In this document: piece after piece, positions 41,249-53,105 of the stretch
Layout of the letters: the number at the start of each line of letters is the position of its first letter
How positions within the stretch are numbered: the stretch's first letter is position 1
Source: an uncultured Gammaproteobacteria bacterium
GTDB taxonomy: Bacteria > Patescibacteriota > Patescibacteriia > UBA9934 > GWF2-40-263
Reading direction: 5' to 3'
NCBI GenBank assembly: GCA_964402425.1
Contig: CAYOCD010000001.1
Coordinates: 163,442-227,441, forward strand
DNA length: 64,000 bases
Notes under the pieces: model-generated
Databases searched by the model: none
What the model saw: the letters and a program-made list of their open reading frames with translations, nothing else
What the model was told of the DNA's origin: nothing
Translations under genes and position numbers: made by a program

Positions 41249-41686
41249 TTATTCAGTCTTAGCGATTACGGTCTTTTTTATAGCCTGTTTCTTTGGAGCC
41301 TTTTTTTCTTTTTTTGTTTCTTCATTTTCTTTTGAAGAAACACTCCCTTTTTGTTCAACCGCTTCAAGAATGATTGAGATGTGCGTACTGCGTTTACGAA
41401 TTGGCATTGCACGACCATGTGCACGTGGTTGCCAACGATCCAAAATCGGACCTTCGTCTGCTGTAATAGATGTAATTTTCAAATCTTCTTTATTCATTTG
41501 AAAATTATTCACTGCATTTGCAATTGCTGAATTCAAAAGTTTCAGCACCGGTTCAGCGGCGAGTTTATTTGCAAAACGAAGTTGTGTTTGCGCTTTTTCC
41601 ACACGAGCACCACGGATAAGGTCAATCACGAGACGAACCTTCCGAGATGACATGCGAATATGGCGAGCGTGAGCTTTCACTTGCAT
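41249..41686 (-). CDS. rplV: 50S ribosomal protein uL22
   Basis: SRKVRLV.DLIRG, SAIANA, PRAHGRA; Lys-rich tail. Confidence 0.96.
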   Translation of the reverse strand: MQVKAHARHIRMSSRKVRLVIDLIRGARVEKAQTQLRFANKLAAEPVLKLLNSAIANAVNNFQMNKEDLKITSITADEGPILDRWQPRAHGRAMPIRKRSTHISIILEAVEQKGSVSSKENEETKKEKKAPKKQAIKKTVIAKTE

Positions 41687-41699
41687 ACATGTTCAATCA

Positions 41700-42026
41700 C
41701 TATTTTTTCTTTGCAGCAGGTTTTGCTGCTGGTTTTGGAGCAGCTTTTGCTGCTTCAGATTCTTTTTGAAGCTTACCTCCATGTCGGACAAATTTACGTG
41801 TCGCGGAAAATTCTCCAAGTTTGTGTCCAACCATGTTTTCTACAACACGAACTTTGATAAAGTCTTTTCCGTTATGTACTGCAAATGTGAATCCGAGCAT
41901 TTCTGGCGTAATCGTGGAAGCGCGGGCCCATGTTTTGATTGGTGTTTGATCTCCTGCTTTCAGCTTACCGATCTTTTTGATCAGTTTAGGATGAACGTAG
42001 GGACCTTTTTTCAAACTGCGTGACAT
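41700..42026 (-). CDS. rpsS: 30S ribosomal protein uS19
   Basis: [22 protein letters not shown]. Confidence 0.97.
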   Translation of the reverse strand: MSRSLKKGPYVHPKLIKKIGKLKAGDQTPIKTWARASTITPEMLGFTFAVHNGKDFIKVRVVENMVGHKLGEFSATRKFVRHGGKLQKESEAAKAAPKPAAKPAAKKK

Positions 42027-42030
42027 AGGA

Positions 42031-42879
42031 TTACTTACCGCCGACGAATCGGCCCTTCTTACGACGTTGAATGATGAGTTTATCTGAAGCTTGTTTACGA
42101 CGTGTCTTCACACCCAATGCTGGTTTTCCAGATGGTGTCTTTGGGTGTTTCAAACCAATTGAGTTACGAGCTTCTCCTCCACCGTGTGGGTGATCCACTG
42201 GGTTCATAGCTTTTCCACGAACAGTTGGACGAATTCCACGATGTCGTGTACGACCAGCCTTACCCCAACGAATCAATCGTCGATCTGGATTTGAGGTTTG
42301 ACCAATAGTAGCCATGCACTGCTTAAAGACCATGCGAATTTCTCCAGATGGCAATTTGATTGTGGCATACGAACCTTCTACGGCCATAAGTTGCGCCGTA
42401 GAACCAGCTCCTCGAACCAACTGACCACCTTTTCCAGGTTGAAGTTCTATATCATACACTTGAATTCCGACGGGAATATGTTCTAGTGAAAATCGATTTC
42501 CTGTCTGAATTTCACCTTTTTGTTTTGAAGAAACAACTGTATCACCAACTTTCAAACCAATAGGAGCTACAATATAGCGTTTTTCTCCATCTTTATAAAA
42601 GAGAAGAGCAATACGAGCACCGCGATTTGGATCATATTCAATGGTTGCTACTTTAGCAGGGACATCAAACTTGTCACGCTTTGCATCCACAAGACGAATG
42701 CGTTGTTTTGCACCGCCACCCTGATGTCGAACGGTAATTTTTCCATTCGAACGACCAGCAAATTTCTTTTTGTGAATAGTAAGAGACTTCAACGGCTTAA
42801 AAGCTGTGAGATCTTCAAAAGTATCCACACTTGAATTGCGGCGTCCTGCAGTCGTTGGTTTATAGCGTTTAACTGGCAT
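42031..42879 (-). CDS. rplB: 50S ribosomal protein uL2
   Basis: [23 protein letters not shown]. Confidence 0.97.
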   Translation of the reverse strand: MPVKRYKPTTAGRRNSSVDTFEDLTAFKPLKSLTIHKKKFAGRSNGKITVRHQGGGAKQRIRLVDAKRDKFDVPAKVATIEYDPNRGARIALLFYKDGEKRYIVAPIGLKVGDTVVSSKQKGEIQTGNRFSLEHIPVGIQVYDIELQPGKGGQLVRGAGSTAQLMAVEGSYATIKLPSGEIRMVFKQCMATIGQTSNPDRRLIRWGKAGRTRHRGIRPTVRGKAMNPVDHPHGGGEARNSIGLKHPKTPSGKPALGVKTRRKQASDKLIIQRRKKGRFVGGK

Positions 42880-42910
42880 AAGTGTTGTTAGTTCTCGTCG
42901 CAAGATCCAA

Positions 42911-43291
42911 TTAGACCCCTTCGTAAATATTCAAGGTTTTTCCTTCTGGTAATGTAACAATCGCTTTCTTCCAAGCCTTGCGATGTCCATCAACTTTTCC
43001 ACGACGCACGTATTTTCCACGCACATTTTGGATATTCACAGATTCTGGTGTGAGACCGTACATTTTACGTACAGCATTCGCGATTTCAATTTTATTCGCA
43101 GACTTTGCTACAGCAAAGACATATGAATTTTTTGAAGCAAGAATAGCGCTTTTTTCAGTAACGATCGGGCGAATAAGCACAGAAGAAATAAATGGGGCAA
43201 GTTTCTTTGCTTCAGAAACAGAAACCTCTTTCTTTTCTTTTGCCACCTTTGGCGCTTTCGTTGTTAAATTGTTTTTTTTGAAAATTCCCAT
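42911..43291 (-). CDS. rplW: 50S ribosomal protein uL23
   Basis: [21 protein letters not shown]. Confidence 0.95.
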   Translation of the reverse strand: MGIFKKNNLTTKAPKVAKEKKEVSVSEAKKLAPFISSVLIRPIVTEKSAILASKNSYVFAVAKSANKIEIANAVRKMYGLTPESVNIQNVRGKYVRRGKVDGHRKAWKKAIVTLPEGKTLNIYEGV

Positions 43292-43295
43292 ACCG

Positions 43296-43931
43296 TTACG
43301 CTCGCTTGTAAGTTTGAGTGACCATGTCGATTGCCTCTTTTGAGATCAATACAACATCTGCTTTTAAGAGATCGACAACGTTTAATGTGTTTGCTGGCAT
43401 TGTTACAACCCCTTTCATGTTCTGTGCTGCAATTGCAACATCTTTTTGTGCCGGTGGAAGAACAATGAGTGTTTTCTTTTTTGAAATTGGCAAATTCTTG
43501 AGAATCATTCCTAATTCTTTTGTTTTTCCATCTTTGAGGTTTAACTCATCGATAGCAACAAAACGATCAGACGAAACCTTTTCAGACAAGATCATTGCAA
43601 GCGCTTTTCGTTTTGCGCGCTTGTTAATTTTCAAAGAAAAATTACGGTCATTACGTGGTCCGAAAGTGATTCCACCACCAACCCAAATTGGGGATTTTGT
43701 AGAACCGTGTCGAGCACGTCCTGTTCCTTTTTGCTTCCATGGCTTTTTACTTGAACCAGCAACTTCTCCACGTGTTTTTGTGTGTGCAATTGCTTCACGA
43801 GAGTTTGCTTGTTGAGCAACAACAGCTTCGTGAATAAGTGCAGGATTCATTTTCACATCAAATAAACTCGCTTCGAGCGTGAGCGATCCAACTTTTTCAC
43901 CTTTTGTATTGAGGAGGGATACTACTGCCAT
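43296..43931 (-). CDS. rplD: 50S ribosomal protein uL4
   Basis: TKTRGEV, KPWKQKGTGRARHG. Confidence 0.97.
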   Translation of the reverse strand: MAVVSLLNTKGEKVGSLTLEASLFDVKMNPALIHEAVVAQQANSREAIAHTKTRGEVAGSSKKPWKQKGTGRARHGSTKSPIWVGGGITFGPRNDRNFSLKINKRAKRKALAMILSEKVSSDRFVAIDELNLKDGKTKELGMILKNLPISKKKTLIVLPPAQKDVAIAAQNMKGVVTMPANTLNVVDLLKADVVLISKEAIDMVTQTYKRA

Positions 43932-44554
43932 AATTGTTTTCTTTCATGTGAACGAACCAAGATAAGTCCTCCACGCGCTCCTGGAATTGCACCCTTGACT
44001 GCAAGTAAGTTTTTATCTGCATCAAAGGAAACAATTTCGAGATTTTTAACAGTCACACGCATATCACCCATATGCCCACCCATGCGTTGACCCTTGATAA
44101 CTTTTCCTTGGCGCTGAGAACCAATGGAACCTCCCATACGTTGCTGGTCCTTGTTACCATGAGTTGCCTTACTTCCAGAAAAGTGGTGACGCTTCATAAC
44201 ACCAGCAAATCCGCGTCCTTTAGAAACACCGACAATATCAACTTTTGTACCAGGAATAAAATCACTTACACGGATTTCAGCTCCGCGTACATAATTCTCT
44301 GGAACACGCGCCACACGAAATTCACGCAAGGTTTTCACTTGCGGAAGATCAAGGAGGTGCCCCGCTTCACTCTTAACGAGTAATTTGGTTGTAACCTCAG
44401 ATCCGACTTGAACCGCAACATAACCGTCGCGTGATTCTTCGCGGATTTGGGTAACAATATTTGGCTCAGCTTTAATAAGCGTAACCGGAACGACGGTACC
44501 GTCATCCTTAAATTGTTGTGTCATTTCAACTTTGCGTCCGATGATAAATGGCAT
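43922..44554 (-). CDS. rplC: 50S ribosomal protein uL3
   Basis: VPVT, DGYVAVQ, SKGRGFAGVMKRH, MGGHMG. Confidence 0.97.
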   Translation of the reverse strand: MPFIIGRKVEMTQQFKDDGTVVPVTLIKAEPNIVTQIREESRDGYVAVQVGSEVTTKLLVKSEAGHLLDLPQVKTLREFRVARVPENYVRGAEIRVSDFIPGTKVDIVGVSKGRGFAGVMKRHHFSGSKATHGNKDQQRMGGSIGSQRQGKVIKGQRMGGHMGDMRVTVKNLEIVSFDADKNLLAVKGAIPGARGGLILVRSHERKQLWQ

Positions 44555-44858
44555 ACGTGTTTTCAATGCTTACTAGCACAAAAGCTAGAAGTCGACAGTT
44601 ATTCTACTAAATAACAATCGGCTTCTAGCCCCTAATACAATATCTCCAAAATACTGGAGTAAAACGTTTGTACGAAGGAATTGTTGCTTACAATGTAATA
44701 ATCTCCGAAACAATCTTTCAAAGCTCAGGAAGGTTTTCTTGCAGGTACAAACCAAATGCGTAAGATCTTTCTTCCTTGTTTAATTGATTGGTTGATTTCC
44801 GTCAGGCTTCAGAAGCAAAGAAGACTTCTTTTTCTCTGAAGCCTGACCGAAGTCAGGG

Positions 44859-45194
44859 TTATGTTTTGATTTCGACATCGACACCTGCTGGGAGGTTTAA
44901 ACTCATCAGAGCATCAATGGTTTTGTCTGTTGTTTCTGTGATGTCGATAATGCGTTTATGAACACGCATTTCGAACTGATCACGAGAATCCTTATGAACG
45001 AAGGTGGAGCGGTTAACGGTGTATTTCTTCTTCTCTGTTGGAAGAGGAATTGGACCAATCACTTTTGCTCCCGAACGCTCGATTGTTTTTAAAATTGTTT
45101 CTGTAGCTTGATCAATGATCTTGCTATCATACGCACGAATTTTAATACGCAAGCGAGGTTTGTCTTCTTGTTCTTTTTTTGTTGTATTCGTCAC
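44859..45194 (-). CDS. rpsJ: 30S ribosomal protein uS10
   Basis: [25 protein letters not shown]. Confidence 0.96.
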   Translation of the reverse strand: MTNTTKKEQEDKPRLRIKIRAYDSKIIDQATETILKTIERSGAKVIGPIPLPTEKKKYTVNRSTFVHKDSRDQFEMRVHKRIIDITETTDKTIDALMSLNLPAGVDVEIKT

Positions 45195-45250
45195 AATAAT
45201 GAAAGAAAGAACGATGTGTAAGAGGCGAAAAGCGCCCCTTACACGTTAAA

Positions 45251-46444
45251 TTACTTGATAATTTTTACAACGATTCCAGCTCCAACTGTTTTTCCACCTT
45301 CACGAATTGCGAAGTTCATCTTTTCTTCCAAAGCAACAGGGTGAATGAGTTTAACAGTTGCGCTAACAGTATCTCCAGGCATAACCATTTCTGTTCCTTC
45401 TGGAAGAACAACTTCACCTGTTACGTCTGTTGTACGAACGTAGAACTGTGGCTTATACCCCTTAAAGAATGGTTTATGACGTCCACCCTCTTCTTTTGTA
45501 AGAGCGTAAATTTCTGCTTCGAATTCTGTGTGAGGTGTAATGGATCCTGGTTTTGCAAGAACCATTCCGCGCTCTACATCTTCTTTCTTGATTCCACGAA
45601 GCAAGATTCCTGCATTGTCTCCAGCAAGACCTTGTGACAAAGACTTGTTGAACATTTCGATTCCTGTAACGATTGTTTTTTGTGGTTCTTCATGGATTCC
45701 GACCAATTGAACTTCATCGTTCAAATTGATGGTTCCGCGTTCAATACGTCCTGTTACCACTGTTCCACGTCCTTCAATAGAGAAGACGTCTTCAATTGGC
45801 ATGAGGAGTGGCTTGTCTGTTTCACGAACGGGTTCTGGAATATAGGAATCAAGTGCTGCAACGATATCCATGATGCACTTTGATGCTTCTGCATCTGTTG
45901 GGTTGTTGAGTGCCTTAAGAGCTGATCCGCGAATAACAGGCACTTCGTCACCTGGGAATTTGTATTTTTTCAAAAGATCGCGAACTTCTTCCTCAACAAG
46001 ATCAATAAGTTCTGGATCATCCACCATGTCAACTTTGTTTAAGAAGACCACCATGGCAGGGACTCCAACTTGGTGTGCAAGCAAGATGTGCTCACGTGTT
46101 TGTGGCATTGGTCCGTCTGCAGCTGATACAACCAAGATCGCACCATCCATCTGAGCAGCACCCGTAATCATGTTCTTGATGTAGTCCGCGTGTCCTGGAC
46201 AGTCCACGTGAGCGTAGTGACGCTTTTCAGACTCATATTCACAGTGGGCAGTAGCGATGGTAATTCCACGAGCTTTTGACTCTGGAGCTTTATCCAAATC
46301 GTCCATTCCCTTTGTTTGTGCAGCAAGTCCTCTCGCACCCAAAACGGCGAGGAGGGCAGCTGTTGTTGTGGTTTTTCCGTGGTCAACGTGACCAATGGTT
46401 CCAACGTTAACGTGCGGCTTGGTGCGCGCAAATGCTTCTGCCAT
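45251..46444 (-). CDS. tuf: Elongation factor Tu
   Basis: [26 protein letters not shown]. Confidence 0.98.
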   Translation of the reverse strand: MAEAFARTKPHVNVGTIGHVDHGKTTTTAALLAVLGARGLAAQTKGMDDLDKAPESKARGITIATAHCEYESEKRHYAHVDCPGHADYIKNMITGAAQMDGAILVVSAADGPMPQTREHILLAHQVGVPAMVVFLNKVDMVDDPELIDLVEEEVRDLLKKYKFPGDEVPVIRGSALKALNNPTDAEASKCIMDIVAALDSYIPEPVRETDKPLLMPIEDVFSIEGRGTVVTGRIERGTINLNDEVQLVGIHEEPQKTIVTGIEMFNKSLSQGLAGDNAGILLRGIKKEDVERGMVLAKPGSITPHTEFEAEIYALTKEEGGRHKPFFKGYKPQFYVRTTDVTGEVVLPEGTEMVMPGDTVSATVKLIHPVALEEKMNFAIREGGKTVGAGIVVKIIK

Positions 46445-46556
46445 AGATATGAGAAAGGGCTAAGTGCCCAAAATTAATTTTTGCTTATTTTATCGAAAAG
46501 AGTTGGCCTTTCGAGACAGGCGAAAGTATAGCAAACCCTTTAAAAACATGCAAGTC

Positions 46557-47075
46557 TTACTCGATCGGTTCGAGATAAAACTGTTCTTCCCCAAATTCAT
46601 CCTCATTTTCCTCTAATTTAGGCGAAATTTCTTTATTTACGGCTTCCGAACTTATTTCTGACAAGTGGGGCAACTCTGGCTCCTGTGTATACTTTTTATA
46701 TTGCTCTTCAAGATCTATAACTTCATCTTCTGACATTTTTGTCAGATCCCAGGTTTCACCATCTTCACCAGCTGGTTTCATACTAGCCCAAATGTCTGAT
46801 GATTTTTCCCCATGAGGAATATCCTCTTTCACTGATACTGCAACTTCACCTTCCTCAACCCAACTCACATCATTTGGAAAGCTAGAAGTGGGAGGAAGAT
46901 GGCTCTCAAGATCACTTAGCTCTGTTTCTGGGTCGAAAAACTCAGTATTTCTGAGGTTTTCATACTGATCGAGCCCCATAACCACGTAAACGTCTTCCCC
47001 ATTTGGGTCTGTGACGATCATGGTGTCCCCTGTTTTCTGCACAAGGTTCAAGATGCGTTTGAGCTGATCTTTCAT
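46557..47075 (-). CDS. Acidic hypothetical protein
   Basis: L..KTGD.MIV N-terminus, acidic linker, EEQFYLEP C-terminus. Confidence 0.7.
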   Translation of the reverse strand: MKDQLKRILNLVQKTGDTMIVTDPNGEDVYVVMGLDQYENLRNTEFFDPETELSDLESHLPPTSSFPNDVSWVEEGEVAVSVKEDIPHGEKSSDIWASMKPAGEDGETWDLTKMSEDEVIDLEEQYKKYTQEPELPHLSEISSEAVNKEISPKLEENEDEFGEEQFYLEPIE

Positions 47076-47107
47076 ATGAGCGCATTTTAGTTGATTTCGA
47101 CCTTGTG

Positions 47108-48136
47108 TCAAGCGTCTTTTGTAATGATTTTCTCAATAATTTTGCGCTTTTTCAAATAATCTTTAAACTCCGTAATTTGTCCGTTTGTACGAGCGAGATT
47201 ATGCGCTCGTCGAGATGGGTATCGAGAAGAATCCCAACCAAAATAGGTGTCCTCGAAATAATCTGTCATAAATCGGCAAGCAAGTTCGAGGGTAATCGTG
47301 CCAATAGCTTTACCAATGTATTTTTGCTCTGTTTTCTTTAAAAACGAAGCATTTGATCGATACCCTTTCCAGGCGGCACGAAATAACGGAATCGAAAACC
47401 TATTTTTTGAATCATCTTCCCCACCACCACACCAAGAACGAAATGCATCTCCAAGCTCAACAAGAACAGGTCGATGATTCACCGTATCGAGATCAACAAG
47501 AGCTTTCGCCTTCCCTGCCGCATCAAACAAAATATTTGAAATTTTTGGATCCCCATGAATAACCCGCAAAGGAATTGTTTTTGGCAAAAAAAATTTTGGA
47601 GTCTGCTCGAGAAGAAACACGACATCATCAAGCACATCAAACATAAGTTCTGAATCACGATACATCTCAACCGTTTGTCGAAATGTTTCGAAAATCTTTT
47701 CTGTATCATGCAAAACTTTTTTTGATTGAAATATATACGGCATGTTTACAACCGTTTCATGAAATCGCGCATAGATCTTCCCCGCTTCCATCGCCATCTT
47801 TGCATCCTTTAATAAGGAAATGGTTTTTCCGGGAATATATGTTTGTACACGCCACTTCCATTCCCCATCATCAACGAGTACCTCACCTGTTTTCGAAAGA
47901 ACACATTCAGGTGCAAGAAATTTTTCTTCCTTTAAATACTTCGTCACAGCCAAAAAATCCTTCGCAATTTCCGGTGACGCAAGTACCGGGTGCAAACGTT
48001 GAATGATATACTGTTTGCGATCATTCTTTATGAGAAATGTTTGATGAATAAGTCCGCTTGCGAGTTGTTTTGTTGTGACAACGTGATCAAACCCGAATGC
48101 CTTAAACACTTTTTTTGGAATCATATGTTTTTTCAT
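47108..48136 (-). CDS. APH/choline-kinase-like phosphotransferase (possible N-acetylhexosamine/muramate kinase-like)
   Basis: GLIHQT, IIQR, IHGDPKISNILF, VDLDTV. Confidence 0.85.
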   Translation of the reverse strand: MKKHMIPKKVFKAFGFDHVVTTKQLASGLIHQTFLIKNDRKQYIIQRLHPVLASPEIAKDFLAVTKYLKEEKFLAPECVLSKTGEVLVDDGEWKWRVQTYIPGKTISLLKDAKMAMEAGKIYARFHETVVNMPYIFQSKKVLHDTEKIFETFRQTVEMYRDSELMFDVLDDVVFLLEQTPKFFLPKTIPLRVIHGDPKISNILFDAAGKAKALVDLDTVNHRPVLVELGDAFRSWCGGGEDDSKNRFSIPLFRAAWKGYRSNASFLKKTEQKYIGKAIGTITLELACRFMTDYFEDTYFGWDSSRYPSRRAHNLARTNGQITEFKDYLKKRKIIEKIITKDA

Positions 48137-48667
48137 TATTTTATTCTCGGGATCATCGGTATTGGTTCAAGTATTTATCTTATTCATGCAACACGAGAGT
48201 TGATTCGTGTCATGATTCCAACAATTGCAGGCGGTGGAATCTTTGTCGGAACACCCGCTGTGGCAATTGCAACCATGATTGAACTCGCCGAAATAAAACC
48301 AACGGATATCGTCATGGATCTTGGAAGTGGCGATGGTCGATTACTGATCGCGGCTGCAAAAGCTGGTGCAAAAAAATCGATTGGCTATGAGATTCAACAT
48401 TGGCTTGTTAAACAATCTCGGGAGTTGGTCGAGAACGAACATTTAAAAGACAAAATTGAAATACATCCTGATTCATTTTGGCATGTAGATGTATCGAACA
48501 CAAATCTTGTTCTGCTCTATCAAATTTCATACGCCATGAAAGGGATTGAAAAGAAACTACAAAAAGAATTACCAGTCGGCGCAAGAGTGGTTGCGAATGG
48601 ATTTAAATTTCCAAAGTGGAAAGAGGAAAAAACGATTGATAATGTTCGACTCTATATCAAAAAATAA
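48125..48667 (+). CDS. Class I SAM-dependent methyltransferase with N-terminal TM helix
   Basis: DLGSGDGR, GYEI, KLQKELPVGARVV; start uncertain. Confidence 0.8.
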   Translation: MFFHYFILGIIGIGSSIYLIHATRELIRVMIPTIAGGGIFVGTPAVAIATMIELAEIKPTDIVMDLGSGDGRLLIAAAKAGAKKSIGYEIQHWLVKQSRELVENEHLKDKIEIHPDSFWHVDVSNTNLVLLYQISYAMKGIEKKLQKELPVGARVVANGFKFPKWKEEKTIDNVRLYIKK

Positions 48668-48885
48668 ATTCAAATGTTACAGACATCACTCTTGTAAATG
48701 ATCTCAATGAGGTAATTGGAGCAAAAGATATTTATCGCATCACAATCCTTTGAGTCACAAATTCGTAATAGGATCTTTTTCTTTGATCTTGTGATGATTA
48801 TGTACGGAAACAATCGATTGGCACAAAATATTCGCGTAAACAAAAACCGAGACTTATGAGTAGTCTCGGTTTTAGATATATTCCT

Positions 48886-49638
48886 TTACTTTGCACCATC
48901 TCCCTTCATAAACGAAACGGCCTCTTGTACGGTTGTCATAAACTGTGCAGGAAAAATAATTGTGGAATTTTTCTCTACACTAATCTCTGCCATTGTTTGC
49001 AATGTTCTCAACTGAAGTGCAACTGGATGAGATGCAATGATGTCTGCCGCTTGTCCGAGTTTCACCGCCGCCTGAAACTCACCTTCCGCTGCAACGATTT
49101 TTGCACGGCGCTCACGTTCCGCTTCCGCCTCCTTTGCCATCGCGCGTTGCATGTTCTCCGGTAAGAAAATATCTTTAATTTCTACAACAGTTACCTGAAC
49201 TCCCCATGGTTCTGTATGAGAATCAATAACGTTTTTAATTTGCGAATTGATTGCTGCCGTTTGAGATAACACTTGATCCAATTCAAATTGCCCAATAACA
49301 TTACGAACGGTTGTTTGCGAAATTTGGTTTACCGCTTCATACACATTCTCAATTGCCAAAACGGATTTTGTGGAATCAACCACGTGATAATACGCCACAG
49401 CCGCAATGTCGATCGAAACATTATCTTTCGTGATAATTTTTTGTGACGGAATGTTCATGGTAATTGTTCGCAATGTCACCTTCGTCATTTGCTCAAGGAT
49501 TGGAACAAGAATGATCAAACCAGGACCACGCACACCCGTACATTTTCCAAGAAAAAAGATCACGCCACGATCATACTCTTTTACAACACGCAGTGAGAGA
49601 CTCAGAACAATTAAGGTGGCAAAAATGATGAAATACAT
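48886..49638 (-). CDS. SPFH/band 7 (stomatin-like, slipin) protein
   Basis: [32 protein letters not shown]. Confidence 0.93.
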   Translation of the reverse strand: MYFIIFATLIVLSLSLRVVKEYDRGVIFFLGKCTGVRGPGLIILVPILEQMTKVTLRTITMNIPSQKIITKDNVSIDIAAVAYYHVVDSTKSVLAIENVYEAVNQISQTTVRNVIGQFELDQVLSQTAAINSQIKNVIDSHTEPWGVQVTVVEIKDIFLPENMQRAMAKEAEAERERRAKIVAAEGEFQAAVKLGQAADIIASHPVALQLRTLQTMAEISVEKNSTIIFPAQFMTTVQEAVSFMKGDGAK

Positions 49639-49778
49639 ACAAATTTATTAACGAATAAACAATGAATACATAACTCTTCATATCTTCATCTAAAAACTCC
49701 CGATACGCAAGCATGCTTAAAACCGAATAGGGCCTTTTAAAAAAACATCTCGACAATTTCGAGATGTTTTTTCTTTTC

Positions 49779-51878
49779 CTAGTTTCCAACGCGTCGGTTT
49801 TGACCTCCACGCTTTTCGATAATTTCTTTTGCAACTCCGCCTGGAACAGCGTCGTAGTGATCAAATTCCATGGAGTAACTTGCGCGACCTTGGGTCATGC
49901 TGCGAAGCGTTGTTGCGTAGCCGAACATTTCTGCGAGCGGAATAAACGCGAGGATAACTTTTGCTCCTGAGCGGTCTTCCATACTTTGAATTTGTCCGCG
50001 CTTTGCGTTCATGTCTCCAACAACGGATCCCATGAAGTCTTCCGGGGTAACGGCTTCAACTTTCATGATCGGCTCCATAAGTTCCACACCAGCTTTCTTG
50101 GCCGCGTCTTGGAATGCCATAGATCCCGCGATCTTAAAGGCTGCTTCTGAAGAGTCGACATCGTGGAATGAACCATCGGTTAAGATAACTTTAACATCCA
50201 AAAGTGGGTATCCAGCAAGAACTCCGCGATCTGCAGCTTCATGCGCACCTTTTTCAATTGGGTTAAAGAACTCTCTTGGAACAGATCCACCTTTGATTTC
50301 TTCTTCGAATTCGAATCCGGATCCTGGTGGCAATTTTTCGATACGCACAACCGCGTGTCCGTATTGTCCCTTTCCACCTGTTTGACGAACGTATTTTCCT
50401 TCTCCTTCCGCGTTTCCTTTAATAGTTTCGCGGTAAGAAACTTGTGGAGTTCCAACGTTACAATCAACCGAAAACTCACGCTTCATACGATCCACAATAA
50501 TGTCCAAGTGCAATTCTCCCATTCCGGAAATAATAACTTGGTTTGTCTCCTCGTCCGTACGAACGCGGAAGGTTGGATCTTCTTCAGCCAATTTTTGAAG
50601 AGCAACTCCCATTTTTTCTTGGTCGCCCTTTGTTTTTGGCTCAATAGCGATAGAGATAACTGGTTCTGGGAACACAATTGCCTCAAGCAAAATTGGGTTT
50701 TCAGGATCACAAAGTGTGTGACCAGTAAATGTTTCTTTAAGTCCTACCATAGCCGCAATTTCTCCGGCATAGACTTCTTGAACTTCTTCACGTGTGTTTG
50801 CGTGCAAACGAACGATACGTCCGACACGTTCTTTTGCTCCGTTTGAAGAGTTCAAAATGTAGGTACCTGCTTTTACGGAACCAGAGTACACACGGAAGAA
50901 GGCAAGCTTTCCAACAAATGGATCCGCTGCGATCTTAAACGCAAGTGCTGCAAATGGTTCAGAGTCAGACGAATGACGATCGATAACTTTTTCATGATCA
51001 TCTGGGTCTGTTCCGTGAAAAGACGGAACATCAAGCGGGCTTGGCAAGTAAGCAACGACCGCATCCAACAAAAGTTGAACACCTTTGTTTTTAAGCGCGG
51101 AACCACACATGATTGGAATGAATTCGTTTGAAATGGTTGTACGACGAATAACAGGATTCATTTCTGCTTCTGTAATGAATTCACCTGCCAAATACTTTTC
51201 CATCAACTTTTCATCATTCTCACAAACAGCCTCAACGAGAATAGTTCGGTATTCTTCTGCTTTTGCCTTGTATTCTTCTGGAATGTCTGTTTCCTCTACT
51301 TCACGTCCCGCTTCATCGCGATACATGAATGCACGCATCTTCAACAAATCAATAATTCCGTTGAATCCACCTTCTGTTCCAATTGGAAGTTGGATGCAGT
51401 ATGCACGCTTTGTTAAACGATTGTGAACAGAAGCAACATCTTTATAAAAATCTGCTCCTGTGCGATCGAGTTTATTGATGAACACAATGCGAGGCACTTT
51501 AAAATCATCCGCATAGCGCCAGTTTGTTTCAGATTGTGGCTCCACTCCGGCAACACCATCAAAAACAGCAATTCCTCCGTCCAAAACACGCATGGAACGC
51601 TTCACCTCAACGGTAAAGTCGATGTGTCCTGGAGTATCGATCAAGTTCAATTGATGATCTTTCCAAAAACAGGTTGTTGCAGCGGCTGTAATGGTAATTC
51701 CACGTTCCTTTTCTTGTTCCATCCAGTCCATGGTTGCAGCACCTTCGTGCACTTCACCAATTTTGTGTTTCTTTCCTGTATAAAAAAGCACGCGTTCAGA
51801 AACGGTTGTTTTTCCCGCATCAATGTGGGCAAAAATTCCGAAGTTACGAACGTCTTGCAATGGGTATTCTCTAGGCAT
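49779..51878 (-). CDS. fusA: Elongation factor G
   Basis: [36 protein letters not shown]. Confidence 0.98.
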   Translation of the reverse strand: MPREYPLQDVRNFGIFAHIDAGKTTVSERVLFYTGKKHKIGEVHEGAATMDWMEQEKERGITITAAATTCFWKDHQLNLIDTPGHIDFTVEVKRSMRVLDGGIAVFDGVAGVEPQSETNWRYADDFKVPRIVFINKLDRTGADFYKDVASVHNRLTKRAYCIQLPIGTEGGFNGIIDLLKMRAFMYRDEAGREVEETDIPEEYKAKAEEYRTILVEAVCENDEKLMEKYLAGEFITEAEMNPVIRRTTISNEFIPIMCGSALKNKGVQLLLDAVVAYLPSPLDVPSFHGTDPDDHEKVIDRHSSDSEPFAALAFKIAADPFVGKLAFFRVYSGSVKAGTYILNSSNGAKERVGRIVRLHANTREEVQEVYAGEIAAMVGLKETFTGHTLCDPENPILLEAIVFPEPVISIAIEPKTKGDQEKMGVALQKLAEEDPTFRVRTDEETNQVIISGMGELHLDIIVDRMKREFSVDCNVGTPQVSYRETIKGNAEGEGKYVRQTGGKGQYGHAVVRIEKLPPGSGFEFEEEIKGGSVPREFFNPIEKGAHEAADRGVLAGYPLLDVKVILTDGSFHDVDSSEAAFKIAGSMAFQDAAKKAGVELMEPIMKVEAVTPEDFMGSVVGDMNAKRGQIQSMEDRSGAKVILAFIPLAEMFGYATTLRSMTQGRASYSMEFDHYDAVPGGVAKEIIEKRGGQNRRVGN

Positions 51879-51920
51879 AAAGAATGATAGAAAGATTTGA
51901 GGAGGTTAAAAAGTTGGAAT

Positions 51921-52388
51921 CTACTTAGCGAAGTGAGCAAAGGCACGGTTGGCTTCTGCCATACGTTGTACATCCAATTTCTTCTTAACAGCATCCCCTT
52001 CTCCATTTGCAGCTGCAAGCAATTCATCTGCAAGCTTTTCTGCCATACGGCGGCCTTTCTTTGCACGAGCAGCTGTAATAATCCAGCGGAATGTCAAAAG
52101 ATAACGACGATCACCACGAACAGACATTGGAACCTGGTAGTTTGCTCCTCCAACACGTTTACTCTTCACTTCCAAAGAAGGCATAACGTTTTTAAGAGCT
52201 TTTTCAAATGTTTCAATTGGGTCTTCGCTTGTTTTTTTATTCATGAGTTCAAACGCGTCATACACAATTCCTTGTGCAACGGTCTTTTTCCCGTTTTGCA
52301 TGATGGTGTTCACAAGTTTTGCAACAACAACATTTCCAAACTTAGGGTCTGGGGTAATCTCACGTCGGGTCGCTTTTTTTCCGCGCAT
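51921..52388 (-). CDS. rpsG: 30S ribosomal protein uS7
   Basis: GKKTVA, RVGGANYQVP, MAEANRAFAH. Confidence 0.97.
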   Translation of the reverse strand: MRGKKATRREITPDPKFGNVVVAKLVNTIMQNGKKTVAQGIVYDAFELMNKKTSEDPIETFEKALKNVMPSLEVKSKRVGGANYQVPMSVRGDRRYLLTFRWIITAARAKKGRRMAEKLADELLAAANGEGDAVKKKLDVQRMAEANRAFAHFAK

Positions 52389-52460
52389 AATGTTATGAAA
52401 TAATCGAATGGAATTTATTCCCCGACTCAAGAATCAGGTACTCCATTCATGAATGAAATT

Positions 52461-52889
52461 TTACGCCTTTTTTACTTTTGGACGTTGTGCACCGTATTTT
52501 GAACGGCCTTGCATACGACCCTTTACTCCTTGAGCATCATACACACCACGAACGATGTGATAACGCACACCAGGAAGATCTTTCACGCGACCACCTCGAA
52601 TCATGACGATAGAGTGCTCTTGAAGATTGTGACCTTCACCTGGGATGTAGGCATTTACTTCTGTTCCGTTTGAAAGACGCACACGAGCGATTTTACGGAT
52701 AGCAGAGTTTGGCTTCTTTGGAGTCATGGTTGCAACCTTCACACAAACACCACGCTTAAATGGACTTCCTTTAATAAGGGAGGTTTTTTTGCGGTGCAAG
52801 GAGTCAAAGGTGTACTGCATGGCAGGAGACTTTGACTTGGATCCTTTGCTCGTGCGTCCTTTACGAATAAGTTGATTGACTGTTGGCAT
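52461..52889 (-). CDS. rpsL: 30S ribosomal protein uS12
   Basis: [21 protein letters not shown]. Confidence 0.98.
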   Translation of the reverse strand: MPTVNQLIRKGRTSKGSKSKSPAMQYTFDSLHRKKTSLIKGSPFKRGVCVKVATMTPKKPNSAIRKIARVRLSNGTEVNAYIPGEGHNLQEHSIVMIRGGRVKDLPGVRYHIVRGVYDAQGVKGRMQGRSKYGAQRPKVKKA

Positions 52890-53017
52890 AGTGATGAGTT
52901 TAGGCTCGAAGAAAGCCGGATGGCCAAAGGGCCAATAAAGACATTATAAGAAAAATAAAACTCAAATAAATTGAGGTCGACGAATTTCTGAATTTCAGCA
53001 GCGTTTTATGTGGCCAA

Positions 53018-53046
53018 AAGATATCACGGAGATGGAAAAGCGTCAA
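53018..53046 (-). promoter_or_regulatory. Sigma70 promoter of rpsL-rpsG-fusA
   Basis: TTGACG-17 bp-TATCTT. Confidence 0.6.
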
Positions 53047-53062
53047 GAATATTAAGGAAAAG

Positions 53063-53095
53063 AAAAACCCCAAGTGTTCAGAGAACACTTGGGGT
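53063..53095 (-). terminator. Terminator of the helicase gene
   Basis: accccaagtgttc-aga-gaacacttggggt hairpin followed by a T tract on the minus strand. Confidence 0.7.
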
Positions 53096-53105
53096 AAGAA
53101 AACCT

